In this document: positions 10,261-23,600 of the stretch, piece by piece | How positions within the stretch are numbered: position 1 is the first letter of the stretch | Layout of the letters: every line of letters starts with the position of its first letter | Assembly (NCBI RefSeq): GCF_000281045.1 | Contig: NW_008246089.1 | Location: 206,737-270,736, forward strand | DNA length: 64,000 bases | Reading direction: 5' to 3' | From: Saprolegnia diclina VS20 | Lineage: Eukaryota | Notes under the pieces: generated by a model | Told to the model about the DNA's origin: nothing | Databases searched by the model: none | Seen by the model: only the letters and a program-made list of their open reading frames with translations | Made by a program: the position numbers and the translations under genes

Positions 10261-12117
10261 ATGGGCTGGACCGACCGCTTGGGGCCGCGCTGGACGCATG
10301 ACGACGTCCGCGCCTTCTTCCACCTCTTCCGCGCGAACATGGAGCTCATGAAGACCAAGCCCGATGAGGCCATCGCGGCCATCGCGAACGAGCTACCGGC
10401 GCGGACGTCCGACATGGTCCGAGCGCTCGTCGCGATGCACAAAGGGTAGGCATCGGCACGCATCGCTCGCAATGCCACGTCGCGTAGGTTCCTCTCGCTG
10501 CCCATGGCCACCGACGAAGGCCTCTACGCGATCCTGACCGACCATTACAACGCGCAGGTCGAGTGGGAGCGCGAGACCGCGATGAAGGCGACGGCGCAAG
10601 CCACAAAGCGCACGCAGCCGCGAAAACCGCTCAAGCGCCGCAGCCTCCGCTCAAGCGAACGCAAGCTCTTTGTCGCTGCGATCGACGAGGCGTTCTTCGA
10701 GCACAGCGAGTTCCAAGACTGTCTTGGCCAAATGAACATGGCGCATGTCCAGCGGGCCAAGCGCACCGAATGGTCGGCGATCCGCCTCTCGATGGGGCAT
10801 CCGCGCCGCTTCAGCGCCACGTTCCTCAACGAAGAACGGCAAAAGCTCTACCGGTACCGCAACGTCGTCCGCTATGCGCAGCGCACCAAGGTAGACACTC
10901 CCGAGGATACGAGGAATCGACGCATGGGCGTAGGAGTTTCCGACCGACATTCGATTCCCGTACAAGATCTACCACCCGCTCGCCATTGGCACCGAAGTGC
11001 GAGGTGCGTCGCCGCTCTTTGTCGCATTGCCAACGAGTTCGCGTCGCATCTAGTGCTGCACCCCAACAAGCTCACGCACCGGCTCTGCGTCGGGCGCGTC
11101 TGCTCCGTCTCGACCATGGACCACTCGTACGAGGTCATTGTGACGTACGCCGACCACAAGGAGATCCTCAACTGCCCCGACACGTCCGTCATGGTACGAC
11201 GACGACGGTCAGAAAGGCGCACATGAATGCGTGTCCTGTAGCTCGTCGAGAGTCCGCAGCCGTCGCTTTTGTACTGGCAGCAGCAACCGCTCAAGGTCGC
11301 CGTGCCGCGCGCCCCGGCCGTCCAAACCCTGCGTGTGTATCCCAAGCCCGAAGAAGGCGTCGATCGAGGAGCGATGCTCTCGGACGCGGGCGTGACCAAG
11401 CGCACGTTTGCTGCGATGCGGGCCGTCACAACGCTGCTGCAGCGCAAGGAAATGTTGCTGAGCGCCCTCGCACGCATGAACGACCGCGCGCTCGTGCTCC
11501 TCGCCGACCCGTCGACCACCTACCCCGCGCTCGTTCATTTTCAGTCGCAGTACGCGTGGGTCATTGTCAACCTCGACACGACCAACGACGTGCTCGCGGC
11601 GGCGCTGCATCGGCTCCAGTCGGTTCAGCACACACCGGTGCGGGCACGACTGTATCAACTTGATACTATTCTTGGGTAGGAATCGCTTTTGATGGAGCCG
11701 CACGGTCTCGAGTCGAGCTTGAACCCGCAGCAAATTGGGTGGGCCCACCAGTTCCTCACGGCCGCCCACGACAAGTCGCGGTCGCTTGTCGCCACGTCCA
11801 TCCAGCGGCTCTCGAAGGACGACCGTGCCATCTCGTCCAAGACCAACGACGTGCTCATGGGCTGCATGGACCTCGTCCTAACACTCCAATGCGCGGCCAA
11901 CAGCGTACGTCATTTGCCATGCTGCGTGAGAAAGAATCTAAGGAGCCTATGCTAGAAGGACGACCGCCAGCTTGCGCCCGTTGTGCTGCACAAGCTGCTC
12001 GACCGCAACTTGGAGCAAATTTTGCCGCGGTCGCAGGCCAATATGAGCTTGTACCACGAGATTTGCCAGTCAGTCGAAGTGCTCAAGAGCGTGCTCATGC
12101 ACCCGCCATCGTCCTAA
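10261..12117 (+). CDS. LIN9: LIN-9/ALWAYS EARLY family (DIRP domain) MuvB/DREAM subunit (spliced)
   Basis: LGPRWT..D...FF SANT-like start and DIRP motif IDEAFFEHSEFQDCL...RTEWSAIRLSMGHPRRFSATFLNEERQKL. Confidence 0.85.
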
Positions 12118-12259
12118 TTGCTCTGCCAATGCTACCTCGTTCTTGATCCTTCTCGACGCTCCTTGCACTGTGCAAGGTGTACGATGAACTGGCACGACCT
12201 CGAGCTGCGTTGTCATTCGGGGTGCTGGTAAAATGTATTGTGTGAAAAAACAACGTGGC

Positions 12260-15200
12260 CTAGAGCCACACGGGCTCGGGATCATTGTGGTGCGGCGTCA
12301 TGTTGACGTCGACTTGGCGCGACTCGGACTTGGTTTTGAAGAGCATTGGCGAGCTGCCCATCATCGGGATGGGCTTGAGCGCTTGGTTGCTCGCAAAGAG
12401 CGCCATGACCTGGTACGCGTTCTGCGCGTCGCGCGGGTGGTGGCTCGCGACCACGTCGTCGTCGTCATCGACGTCCGTGTCGGCAAACATGATGATCTGG
12501 CGGCACTTTTGCTCAAACCGGCGCTGGTATGTCTCTGGCTCGATCGCCGAAATGCCCGCGGGGTCGCTGCGCTTGAGCTACAGCAGCAGTGACCTCCACA
12601 TCTCTCGATATACGTAAGTCGACATACCCAGGTCTTCATGAAGCGCTCGAGCTTCTTGTCAAAGTTCCACGTCTGCAAAATGTCAATGATACCGAGGCAG
12701 TAGTACCCCGGGCCCGTGATCGTGTCGCACACGTGCAGCGACGAGCTATTGTCTAATCCCACACAAAAGTTCAATGTTTCAGTGTATCAGGACGACGCAC
12801 GTACCGTTGCCATTGGACGCGGCGGCCACATCGACCTTGTACTCGACGTCGACGACGCCGATCAAGAGCGAGTAGTCCATGATGCCAAGCGAGCACAGAA
12901 ACAGCGAGTCGGCTTGGAGCTGGCGAAAGAGTGCTCGACCTAGATGTTTGTTCATCAGCATGGGTCGCTGAATAGAGTGAAGAGGTATTGTACCTGGCGC
13001 GCGACCAATGCGAAGGCGCGTGCGCAGATCGTCGTCCTTGAGCACAACGTTGGGCTCATGCGGCCCGGCCATGTTGGGGCACGACTACCGAGCGATGCGG
13101 TTGGTTTGAGAGGCGATCGTATGGAAGGTTTCCGTACCTGCTTTTTGGCGACGATCGACGTGTAGTAAAACTGCATCGAGCAGTACCGGCACTTGACCTT
13201 GGTGCCTTCGCGCGGGTTTTGGTAGCTGCGGTTGACCCAGCTGCCTTTGATGTCGAAGCGGTGGTGGATCTCTTGGCCCGACGACGCAAAGAGGTTCTCC
13301 ATCACGACAAAGTAAAAGTCGTTGCCATACAGCGTGATCCGAAAGCAGCCATAGAAGCGCGTGAGCACGCTCTTCTCCTCCGACTTGAGGTACTCGACGT
13401 ACTCGGGTGCGATCTTGATGAGGAACCGCGCCTCGGCTTTGACCATACTCTTGACAATGAAGCGCATGTCTTTGCTAAAGAAGAGGAACGCGCCGCTCGC
13501 GCCTTCGCTGATGCTCGGCTTGGTCGCTTCCTCGAACGACTTGACAAAGTCTTCGGTCGTGACGTCAAAGTGCCCTCGAAGTGCCGCAAAGGTGCTCTAA
13601 TATCAAACATTGAGCCATGCCATTGGCACAGACGACAGTTTTACCGGGCGGTACGAGGTAAACTTGACATGCGACAGGGTCTGGCGGCGCGCCTTGCGCT
13701 CGTCCGGCGACTGAATGTGGTTCTTCGTCGTTGAGGCTTGGAGCGCGTTGGCCACGATCGTGAGCCGGAGGTCCGTCGACGGATCATCGATGCTGCCCTG
13801 CGCGGTCGGGCGCCGCGACGGCAACTTGTGCTCGAGGTCGGCCTCTTCGATCGCACGGGTCATGCCCTTGACCGTGTACTCGAGCAAGTCTTGCTGGAGC
13901 GACGTGTTGAGCTGCGCGCTCACGTTGATGTCGATCGACGCCTGCGAGAACTGGAGCCACGTAGGCAAAATCTTTTCGGCGGGGTTGATCATAAACCACA
14001 GGAAATACCTACGCTCATGGTGCATGACCGAGAAGATAGCGTGATTACGACGTACGTGACGATGCCACGGCCCGCGACGACGTAGCAGTAGAGCTTGAAG
14101 AGCGACGACGGGCGGAGGTCCTTCACTGGCGCGTTTGCACTGAACGAGACGGCGTAGACCGTAAAGGTAACCGTCCAGTAGACCGTCCAGCTAATGATAC
14201 TGAGCGCGCCGTCACGGAGCATGCCTAGTCACACTATCATGTACAGATAATGTCGTCATGACAATCTACTCGACCTTTGCGCGTTTCCATGGTCTTGGAG
14301 ATGCCATGGCGCAGCCGCTTGAGCCCCATAAAGAGCACGTAAAACGCAAAGAGGTAAAAGACGACCATCCAGATGAAGAACGACGACCACGTCGAGAAGT
14401 TGAACTGGAAGAACGAGTTGGTGGCGGGATCATAGTCCTTTTCAAATCTAGTTCATCGATGGTATGACAGATTGCGCGGAAGAGGACGTACGTACCGCTT
14501 GGCTCTTGTCCAGCAAAATTTGCCCTCGGCGATGCCATAGAGGCGTTCGGGGAAGAACGACATGAAGCACTAGTATCGATGCATGAGCAAACGTCGCAAG
14601 ATGCGAAGATACCGAAAGCACGATGGCGAACGAGTAGACGCCGATGATGTACCGACGGCGGTTGTGTTTGACGCTTCCAAATGGGTTGTTGAGCGAGAGC
14701 ATGAGGTCGAGCGCGAGCATGAAGAACCAGGCGTCGGCCGCGATGAAGAGGAACTCGGTCACGCCCGAGAGGTACTGGCACGACTGCGGCGTCGAGACGT
14801 CGTAAAAGTCCCAGTAGATCCACAGCGGGTCGAGGAGGAAGCGCAGCGAGAGGAGCAAGTCCATGACCGCGCGGTAGTACAAGAGCGGGTTCGGATGGCG
14901 CTGGAACGAGTGCACGCCGTGGAACGTGATGATCACGACGCTGTTGGTGAGGAACGTCTGCGCTGCGCCCATGACGAGGCCCGGGTTGATCTCGTGCCTA
15001 GCGCTACATGAGCCATGGAAGCAAGGAGAGGATCGATGTACCCTTCGAACGTCACAACCGAGAAGGCGACGATAATGGTGGCCAGGGTCACGAGAAAGCC
15101 GTACATGGCGACGACGAGGCCCGACCGCGTGAGGCCGCGCAGGTTGAAGCCCTCGGCGAGGACCGATCGCAATGACGTGATGTTGCCGCGGCTGCTCTCT

Positions 15201-15400
15201 TCCTCCATGACCGTGAGCTCAAAGGACTGGCACACCTCGGCGTCATGCAGCACGTCGACCTCGACGGGGCGGCCGAAGAAGCTCATGCGCCGAGAGCTCG
15301 ACGAGTGGCTGGCCTTGGAGTCACGGCTCTGGGACCGCTTCGTCGACGTCGTCGAGTCCGAGGGCCCGCGGAGGCTGCTTGGCGGCCCGTCGGGTTCCAT
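12260..15400 (-). CDS. GPCR-PIPK fusion: multi-TM GPCR-like domain plus phosphatidylinositol-phosphate kinase (spliced)
   Basis: Kinase motifs SEGASGAFLFFS, RFIVKS, LTRFYG, FVVMENLF, RFDIKGS, IMDYSLLIGV and GIIDILQ. The N-terminal TM helices include HPNPLLYY and CQYLSGVTEF...WFFMLALDL..SLNNPF. Confidence 0.88.
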
Positions 15401-16336
15401 GGCAAGTCGAACAATAAAAAGTGGCCGCCAGCTGCTCCATACAAAAATCAAGACAAAAGATACAAACCCACAACACTCGGATCCAAAATTCAGCAAATTG
15501 ATTCGAATCCCAAGCGAAGGACTGAGGACTCCATGGAGGCTCCGATCGAGTACTAGTCGTAGCGTACGATCTCATGCCAGAGAGCCATGCCAGAGCCATT
15601 CATATGGTCGAACATGACCGACAAGCTTTACAACCCGCTGCAACGACTATCATTCAACTCCTCCGCCTTGCTCTACAGTACTTGCAGCAGCAGCCTATCA
15701 AAGCTTCGACGTCCACACACATTGCAGTGCGACCGCAAAAAACCGGCAAGTCCTCCAACAACGACGCTGCCTGGAAGCAAGAGGAGCTCATCGTGGCAAC
15801 GGCAAAGTGGATCCGTGCCATGAAATTGGCGCGAAAAGTCCTCGAGCTTTTAACTCTTGCCGTCTTGGCAAGCCCAGCCTCCTACTTTAATGTAAACGTT
15901 CATCCAGTACTAGAGCCAGGACAATTACGGGCTCGCGACTACAACACGACACTGGCAACCATCAACGACCGAGGACGTGGGCTCTCTTTAACCAGTTCTA
16001 GTACAAGGAAAGATCATCGATCATTAGTGTATTTTGGCGGTACTAGTTAAGGTACCCGTCGACAAGGTCATTGCATCTATGGCAGTACGCGATGCATGCT
16101 TTTTGGTTACGACAAGAACACAGCCACCATGCCTCACCGCGCCATCGCTCCAAGGTGTCTCGAGGCGGCGCTCTCCGGATACAAGTGTCTTATCCGACAT
16201 GATGTTCTTGTAACAAGGTTTGACAGCTGATTGGTGGAAAGTCGATGGTAAATTGGCTGGTGCAAACTACCTTGGCGGAAATCGCAGCGGGAGATGGAAA
16301 TCACTTTGAATTTTATCGTCCAAATCAAGTAAAAAG

Positions 16337-17119
16337 ATGGCTGACGCTGCTCCCCAACAACGTGGTGGTTTTGGCCGTGGTCGCGGTGGTCCCCGTGGCC
16401 GCGGTGGTCCCCGTGGCCGTGGCCGCGGTCGCCGTGACGAAGGCAAGGAGGGCTGGACCCCCGTGACGAAGCTCGGCCGCCTCGTCAAGGAGGGCAAGAT
16501 CGAATCGCTCGAGCAGATCTTCCTCTACTCGCTCACGGTCAAGGAGTCGGAGATTGTCGACTACTTCCTCAAGGACCGCCTGAAGGACGAAGTCATGAAG
16601 ATCATGCCCGTCCAGAAGCAGACGACGGCCGGCCAGCGCACGCGCTTCAAGGCCTTCGTCGCCGTCGGTGACCACGCCGGCCACATCGGCCTCGGCGTCA
16701 AGTGCGCCAAGGAAGTCGCCACCGCCATCCGTGGTGCCATTGTCCAGGCCAAGATGTCGCTCGTCCCGGTCCGCCGTGGCTACTGGGGCAACATGTCGGG
16801 TCTCCCGCACACGGTCTGCAACAAGGTCACGGGCAAGTGCGGTTCGGTCCGCGTCCGCCTCATTCCGGCCCCCCGTGGTACGGGCTTGTGCGCGGCCCCG
16901 GCCCCGAAGAAGCTCCTCGGCATGGCTGGTATCGAAGATTGCTACACGTCGGCGCGCGGCCACACCCGTACGCTCGGTAACTTCGTCAAGGCCACGTACT
17001 ACGCTCTCCGCAACACGTACTCGTACTTGACGCCCGACCTCTGGGTCGAGAACAAGTTCGGCAAGACCCCCTACCAGGAGCACGCCGACTTCCTCTCGAA
17101 GGTCATTGCCAAGAAGTAA
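16337..17119 (+). CDS. RPS2: 40S ribosomal protein S2 (uS5)
   Basis: RGG-rich N-terminus, [34 protein letters not shown] and [14 protein letters not shown]. Confidence 0.98.
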   Translation: MADAAPQQRGGFGRGRGGPRGRGGPRGRGRGRRDEGKEGWTPVTKLGRLVKEGKIESLEQIFLYSLTVKESEIVDYFLKDRLKDEVMKIMPVQKQTTAGQRTRFKAFVAVGDHAGHIGLGVKCAKEVATAIRGAIVQAKMSLVPVRRGYWGNMSGLPHTVCNKVTGKCGSVRVRLIPAPRGTGLCAAPAPKKLLGMAGIEDCYTSARGHTRTLGNFVKATYYALRNTYSYLTPDLWVENKFGKTPYQEHADFLSKVIAKK

Positions 17120-18280
17120 ATCTTGACAAGATTCAAGGATTGACGGGGGAGAGCGCACGGACGAGCGCTACGGTGCGTAGGTGTCGACCCCCGCCATCGA
17201 CGACTTGTAGAGAAGAGAAGCAGAATGGGAAAGCTAGTTTGGCTGCAGTTGCGTAGGTGGCGACCCACTCTGTAACTCTAATTTATCGAGCTGTTGATGC
17301 ACAACCTGGCGTTCAATGTCCAGTCTAAACCAGCGACTTCAGCAGTGCCCTTGCACCGCTGTTTAGCGATGTTTCCCGCTAATAACGGCAGATCGTCCGA
17401 GCAACGCTGAGAGAAATGCAGTACAGTAGCCTTTTTGGCCGTGCGACTGATGGTGGTCCTTCCTCATGAGCAACGTCGCGACAACGACCCACTGGATCAG
17501 TCGCTGCAAGGTTGGGCGGTTGTCATTTCCACCAAGCCAGAAACGGGGCACCAAGCGGCTTCACAATGTCTAGTCGGCCTTAAACTGTCAATCAGTGTGA
17601 TCGAAACCTCGCACGGAGCGAGCTATCACAGAATCCCGCGAAAGCTTGGTCCCAATTTCCGCAGGACACAGCAAGACAACGCGCTGCGACGTCTTGATCA
17701 TCAAGATCAACAACCTCGTGTACGTTAGCGCCGTCGCTAGCGTCTAGTGAATCGTCGACATCTTTCATCGGAGAGACCACCCAGCGCTCGGGGTTGCCGT
17801 GCATGAGGTCGTCCTTGGCTTCCGCAGCGAAATACGCAAGCCGAGTGTCCTCACATGGGGCCATTACCGAATGACGGTGCACACGCCGAGTAACCAGCCG
17901 ATTCGGGCAGGGCCCAGTGTGAGGCTGTTGGAGGCAGACGCGTATTGTAGCGGAGACGGCCATGGGATGATGCAAGTTGCACCGTCGACCTTGCGTCCGT
18001 CGTCCCTCGAGCCCTCGAAGCCGCGACAGCCCTGTAGGTGCATGCGGGCGACGGTGCCGTGTCCATCGACGTACCACGCTGTAGTCTCCCATGCACCACT
18101 TTAGCATCGATCATCGCCCGAGTACACTCTGCGCTTGTTGTTGCCAAATGTGCTGTACATTGCGCTTCGTGATCGGGACTAGAATCTGGAGAGCTAGTAC
18201 ATCCCAGAGATTACAATGGAGACCAAGGCAGTCGACCTCGAGATAATATTAGGACACAAACACAGTAATCTATCTACAAA

Positions 18281-19369
18281 TTAGGCGCCAAAAAAGTCCT
18301 GAAGCTTGCCGGTTGCGACGAGGACGATCCAGAGAATGCCCACGAGCACCGAAAGCATCGACGAAAACACCGCAATCCCATATGCAATTCGGGCCGACCG
18401 CCGACTACAGGCGTACTTGAATGAGAAAGAAAGCTGGAAGCACTGAAATCGTACCCGAGCTGCGCAGTGGCTTCGCCGTAAAAGGCGGCAAAGAGGCCCA
18501 TGATGAGGATCGATGTGACGCAAAATGACCCGAGGTACGCGATCGACTTGGTCCAGTTGTGGAGGCCGACCGCGGGCAGGACGCCGAGGATGCCGCCGGG
18601 ACCTGCGATGCCATGGACGATGCCGACGCAGAGCGCGGTCGCCTGCAAAGAATTTAGTCGCCACGTTGGGAGACAAGGACATTTTATTTACCTTTTGCGT
18701 CGCGGGGTTGTCCATGTTGATGGTGGGCAGGCACGACCGGCGGCCGCAGACTGGCGCCGGACTGTGCACGAGCGCGCTCTTCTCTTCAAGCTGCGCCTCG
18801 AGCGCACCTTCGATCTCGTCCAAGTCGAGCTCTTCCATCTCGTCGTCAATGTCGGGCACGGTCGGGGACCCGGTGCTGGACGCGATCGTGGCTTCGTCTT
18901 CGGACGTCGTCCCGATCGGCGCCAAGTGGACCTCCTTGAGATCGACCTCCGAGTCGCTCGACGAGTCGGCGTCAGGGCACTTTTCGTACGACCGCTTCTT
19001 GGCCGAATTCGTGTTGCTCGTGTCGAGCTCGGCGAGCGTCGCGTGGTACTTTTTGTGGCCGCTGAAGAGCCCGTAGCCGCCCAGCGCGACCATGAAGACG
19101 CCAACAATGACGTCCGTCACGATCGTGAGCTTATCCAAGTTGAGCTTGCCATCGAGGAGGATGAAGAAGACAGCCATGAGGATGAGCCCGATCGAGTGGC
19201 CCATGCCCCAGCGCATGCCGAGGGCGAAGGACCGCCAGGACGAGCCTGCGCTCAGCGTCGCGAGCGCGCTGAGGTGGTCGGGCCCCGTCATGACGTGGAT
19301 GACGCCGAAGAGGACGCCGGTGCCAATGAGGCCGGCCACGGATGCGTCTTCGAGCCCATGGGGTGTCAT
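18281..19369 (-). CDS. Nickel/cobalt transporter-like membrane protein (NiCoT/UreH-like), two introns
   Basis: GVIHVMTGPDHLSALA, WGMGHS and GIVHGIAGPGGILGVLP motifs with an acidic central loop. Confidence 0.8.
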   Translation of the reverse strand: MTPHGLEDASVAGLIGTGVLFGVIHVMTGPDHLSALATLSAGSSWRSFALGMRWGMGHSIGLILMAVFFILLDGKLNLDKLTIVTDVIVGVFMVALGGYGLFSGHKKYHATLAELDTSNTNSAKKRSYEKCPDADSSSDSEVDLKEVHLAPIGTTSEDEATIASSTGSPTVPDIDDEMEELDLDEIEGALEAQLEEKSALVHSPAPVCGRRSCLPTINMDNPATQKVNKMSLSPNVATKFFAGDRALRRHRPWHRRSRRHPRRPARGRPPQLDQVDRVPRVILRHIDPHHGPLCRLLRRSHCAARVRFQCFQLSFSFKYACSRRSARIAYGIAVFSSMLSVLVGILWIVLVATGKLQDFFGA

Positions 19370-20080
19370 GCTCGGGAAGTATTTATATCTGTCACTAGGC
19401 CTCGGGGAAAAGCCTAATTAGGACTCATACAAATGCCAACTACATGAATGAGATTCGGTCGAAATAACCGATTTCAAGCTGCCGCGCGAACTGGCAATCT
19501 GAGTTTGCCGTTCGCATTGGACCAATCAGAGCGTCGCATTTGGAAAGATCCGAATCGAACACCACCTGCTTCGTCGACGCCGCAGTTCCTAGGGCGCTGC
19601 AAGAATGCAATGCCATCTCGAATGACGACGAGAAGAAAGAGAAATGAAAATGGTTTTCAGCGCCAAGGGCCATGGTACTACTGGTACTACGGGTCTCTCA
19701 AACCGGCCATGCAGTCGCTGCGGTAGAGAACTTGGGCCATGTGGCTGTGGCGCTAATGTTACGTGTACATCCTCACGGCTCACTCGTTCTCGTGGGGTGT
19801 ACAATTGCAAATGCGATCGTCGGTTTCCAACTTCCCGCAGTCTACTGGGGCTCAACACTTGTCATCGCATCGAGCAACCACGGCAAGGATGCAGTCAAGA
19901 TGCGCACGAAATCTTTAGCTTTTAAACCAATCCGATGGCGCATCGCTGCGCCAATCAGCGTGCCGAGATCTTTTGAAAAGCCACGCATTTTGGCCAATGG
20001 CAACCGGCCTCCTTCCACACCGTACAAACCAAATCGGTGGCGAGTAGTATTCACGGGTCCTTGCGACGCCTCCTTCGACC

Positions 20081-20887
20081 ATGGTACGCGTCATGCATGC
20101 ATCGACGGCGAAGAAGCTCATGCGCTCTCTAGGTGATGAACAAGAGCAGTAAGATGCTTAACTACATCAACTACCGCATGAAGGTCACGCTCGCGGACGG
20201 CCGCGTGCTCATCGGGACCTTCATGGCCTTTGACAAACACATGAACCTCGTCCTTGGCGACTGCGAGGAGTTCCGGACCCTCAAGAACAAGGTCAAGAAC
20301 GCGACGTCCGCGTCCCTCAAGGAAGAGCGCGTCCAGAAGCGTATGCTTGGCCTCGTCCTCCTGCGCGGTGAAAACGTCGTGTCGCTCACGGTCGAGTCGC
20401 CGCCGCCTGCCCACGAAGCCGAAGGTCTCGGCATCATGGGCCCGGGCGTGGCGCGCGCCGCGGGCCGTGGCCTTCCTGCCGCACCTCTTGGCGTGCCCAT
20501 GGGTCTCGCTGCGCCCATGCGTGGCATCGGTGGTCCCGGCGGTATGCTGCAACCCGGCCAAGGTATGTTGCACATGTACATCTTGCGCGTCGCGTCGATA
20601 GCGACCCGCTGCGCTCTTTATCATGGACGATGCGCTCATGCAATGTTCTTCGTCTAGTTGCTGCCCAGGCCCAGCCGCAAGCGTACGGCCGTGGTGCCCC
20701 CATGGGCATGCCGGGTGGCCTCCCCCGTGGGCCGCCGCCGGGCGTCCGCCCTCCCATGATGCCCCCGGGCATGCTTCCCCCTGGCATGGTGCCGCCGCCG
20801 GGCATGGTGCCCCCGCCTGGCATGATGCCGCCGGGTATGCGCCCCCCGGGCCCGCCCCCGATGATGCGCCCGCCGCCGGGCCAGTAA
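20081..20887 (+). CDS. SNRPB: snRNP-associated protein SmB (spliced)
   Basis: Sm fold [35 protein letters not shown]...[13 protein letters not shown] and a PPGM-repeat tail. Confidence 0.96.
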
Positions 20888-21203
20888 GTAAGATTCATAA
20901 GACTGTTTGCGCTCCTTTTGACTATGTATGTATCCATCTCGTTTCGTGCATACGCTGTCCCTCATGAGGAGGTCGCATCGCCACACTGCGGCGCCGGTGA
21001 TGTCTTCGCCGCCAGAGTGAGCGGCGAGAGGACGTTAGAAGTAGCGCACCGGTACCGCGTGGACAGGCAAGGGCTCTGGACACCCTCGTCGGCGGCGGCG
21101 TCTAGTTGGTTGGGTAGCACAGAAGGTCCATCCTTGAAACGCCACGGAACAAAATTTACGTGGTCATTGCAGGTACGACGAACCCCGACGCTGCAATCGT
21201 ACC

Positions 21204-22848
21204 ATGTTGGACGACCGCGAAGGGCTCCTCGTCAAGCCCGACGCCGACGACAGTGATGCGTACGCCAATGGCGTCCCGGTCCTCTTGCATTGGCGCCACA
21301 TTGGGCTCGTCGCCAACTACGCAGTCGTCGGGCTGCTCATGGGCACGTTTCCGCGGTGCATTTACCCGTACTTCCGCATGTACCTCAACATGGACGGGTA
21401 CCAAGTAAGCGCGGCCAAGACGCTCATCGGCATTGCGTGGAGCTTCAAGATCGTCGTCGGTGTCCTTAGCGACTCGGCGCCGATCTGCGGCTACCGGCGC
21501 CGCCCGTACATCTACCTTGGCTGGCTCCTCTGCTTTGGCTTCCTCCTGACGATGGCGCTACTGCCGCCCGAGACGCCGTACTACGCCGACGGTCAGATAC
21601 GCACAGTTGCCAACGCGTCGCTTCGCCGGATCCAAAACCACGACGCACCCTTTGACGGCGTCACGTACCTCCTCCTCCTCATGGGCGCCACCGTCGGGTA
21701 CGTCATGGTGGACGTCGCGTGCGACGCCGTCATGGTCGAGCTCGCGCGCACCGAGCGCATCGACGTCCGCGGCCACACGCAAACGCTGTCGTATGTCACC
21801 AAGTACCTTTGCCGCTTCCGGTATCCTTCGCATCACATGATTCTCTAGGTGGCTCTTTGCCAGCGTCGCGAGCGGCGTCGTCGGCCTCACGCTCAACGGA
21901 GCCGCGTACGGTGGCGACTTTGACTGGAGCATCTCGTTCAACGCGCTCATGGGCGCATATTCGCTGGTCGTTCTCGCCGTGCTCCCGATCGCGGGCTGCG
22001 TCCCCGATACGATCCCTTTGGGCATGCCGTCGCTAGCGACCAAGTGCCACCAGCTCTATCTGCTTTGTCACCAGCGCGCGCTGTGGCAAATCATGATCTT
22101 CCAGTTCCTCAACACGTTCTTCTTTAGCTTTGAAGCGACGCCGGGCGCTGTCGTGCAGTCCGAGTGGGCCAAAGTCAAGCCGATCAACGAAGCGCTCTTC
22201 TGCATCCTCTCGTGTTGGCTTCTCGCGGCCGGTATGCTCATCACGAAGCTCTACTTTCTACAGCACGACTGGCGACTGCTCATCTTGATCACGTCACTCT
22301 TTGTGGTCCTCATTGATGGCGGCGTGAGCTACCTCACCATCTACGGCTTCATTCGGAGCGAGTGGTTCTTCCTTGGCGGCCCGGCCCTCGCCCACCTCCC
22401 CGACGGCGTCCGGTCCATCGTCACGAGCTTTGTCATTGTCGAGGTCGCCGATGCAGGCCACGAAGGCGCCACGTATGGTCTCCTCACTACCGTCGGCAAC
22501 CTCGCCGAACCCTTTGCCGTCGCGCTGTCCAAGGTCGTCGACGCCCCCTTCAACGTCTTCCAAGACCAAGTCGTCACGGACACGCCAGCTGTCCGCGACC
22601 GCGTGGCGTGGACGTTTGGGATCATGTATGCCATGAAGCTGCTGAGTCTTGGCACGCTGGTGCTCTTGCCGAGCCAGAAGGCGGCCGCGCAGCACCTCCG
22701 CGCGCACGGCGGCGCGCACCGTGGCATGGCCAACGTGACGCTGTCAATGGCGGCGCTTTGCCTGCTCTTTGGCATCGTCACCAACCTCCTCTCGGTGTTT
22801 CCGTCGACGGCGTGCCTTGTCGTCGCCGGCGGTGAAGGCTGCAAGTAA
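21204..22848 (+). CDS. Folate-biopterin transporter (FBT/BT1)-like MFS protein, one intron
   Basis: WSFKIVVGVLSDSAPICGYRRRPY, DVACDAVMVELAR and EGATYGLLTTVGNL, with many TM helices. Confidence 0.82.
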
Positions 22849-22894
22849 AGCGTAGCGTGCTACATTTCAACAATGGATGTTTCGTCTGTGTCAT

Positions 22895-23371
22895 TTAGTT
22901 GGAGAGGATGACGACCTTGCCGTCACCGCCGATGACACCCTTCTTGATGATGATGTTGCCATAGAGCCGCACCTCGCCCGTCGCGACGATCGCGTACGTC
23001 GCTTTCGCGCGCTCGTAAAAGGCAAAGCGGTCGACGCGCTCGACTTGGGCCGCGGCACGCGCGCCGTCGGCTTGGTACGACGCCGTCAAGAGCGACGCAA
23101 ACTCGTGGACGATCGGTGCATCCTCATCCGGCGCCGTGACCTGCTTCATGACCGTCGCTTGGTACTGCGCAAACGAGTCGAGCGGAAGGAGCGAGAGGAC
23201 GGCGGCGAGCACGTCGGTCGCCGACGAGCCCTGCATGTGGATGACGTCGCGGCCTTGAGACGACGCGGGAAAGTTGGCGTCGGCAATGAGAAGCTCGTCA
23301 CCGTGGCCCATCGAGGCCAGCGTGTGCAGCAGCGTCGGCGGCAAGATGGACGGGATCCCTTTGAGTGGCAT
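22895..23371 (-). CDS. RbsD/FucU family sugar mutarotase (fucose mutarotase-like)
   Basis: MPLKGIPSILPPTLLHTLASMGHGDELLIADANFP...RFAFYERAK..YAIVATGE.RLYGNIIIKKGV. Confidence 0.93.
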   Translation of the reverse strand: MPLKGIPSILPPTLLHTLASMGHGDELLIADANFPASSQGRDVIHMQGSSATDVLAAVLSLLPLDSFAQYQATVMKQVTAPDEDAPIVHEFASLLTASYQADGARAAAQVERVDRFAFYERAKATYAIVATGEVRLYGNIIIKKGVIGGDGKVVILSN

Positions 23372-23600
23372 GCTCCTGTTTGATGCAGATGTGTGGCCGC
23401 CCTGGGAACCGTAACCGGAGATCGACCGGATACGAGAGTGCACTTTCGCCGAAAGTGCAATGTGCATCCAGGGCTAGGGTACATGCCATAGCCAAAGCAC
23501 AGCGTCGATGCACAACAGGACAACATAGAAAAGCTAAATAGATAGTCGATTGTGGTCGGTGTTAGCGATAGAACAGATAAAACCAGCAGTGCGAATAAAG

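Noticed and set aside
15574..16050. 158-aa ORF between GPCR-PIPK and RPS2
   Set aside because: No recognisable motif and no host-like codon bias, so it cannot be supported as a gene.
17363..18147. Several ORFs between RPS2 and the NiCoT gene
   Set aside because: No identifiable homology; possibly decayed sequence.
20700..20885. GC-rich tandem-like repeats
   Set aside because: They encode the normal PPGM tail of SmB.
21821..21848. GTATCCTT U12-type 5' splice site in the FBT gene
   Set aside because: It would give a 28-nt intron with no U12 branch point. An ordinary GT donor 18 nt upstream gives a typical-length in-frame intron.
18281..23371. Bacterial operon or contamination (NiCoT, FucU-like genes)
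   Set aside because: Spliceosomal introns, shared codon usage and eukaryotic neighbours argue against it; both families are known in eukaryotes.
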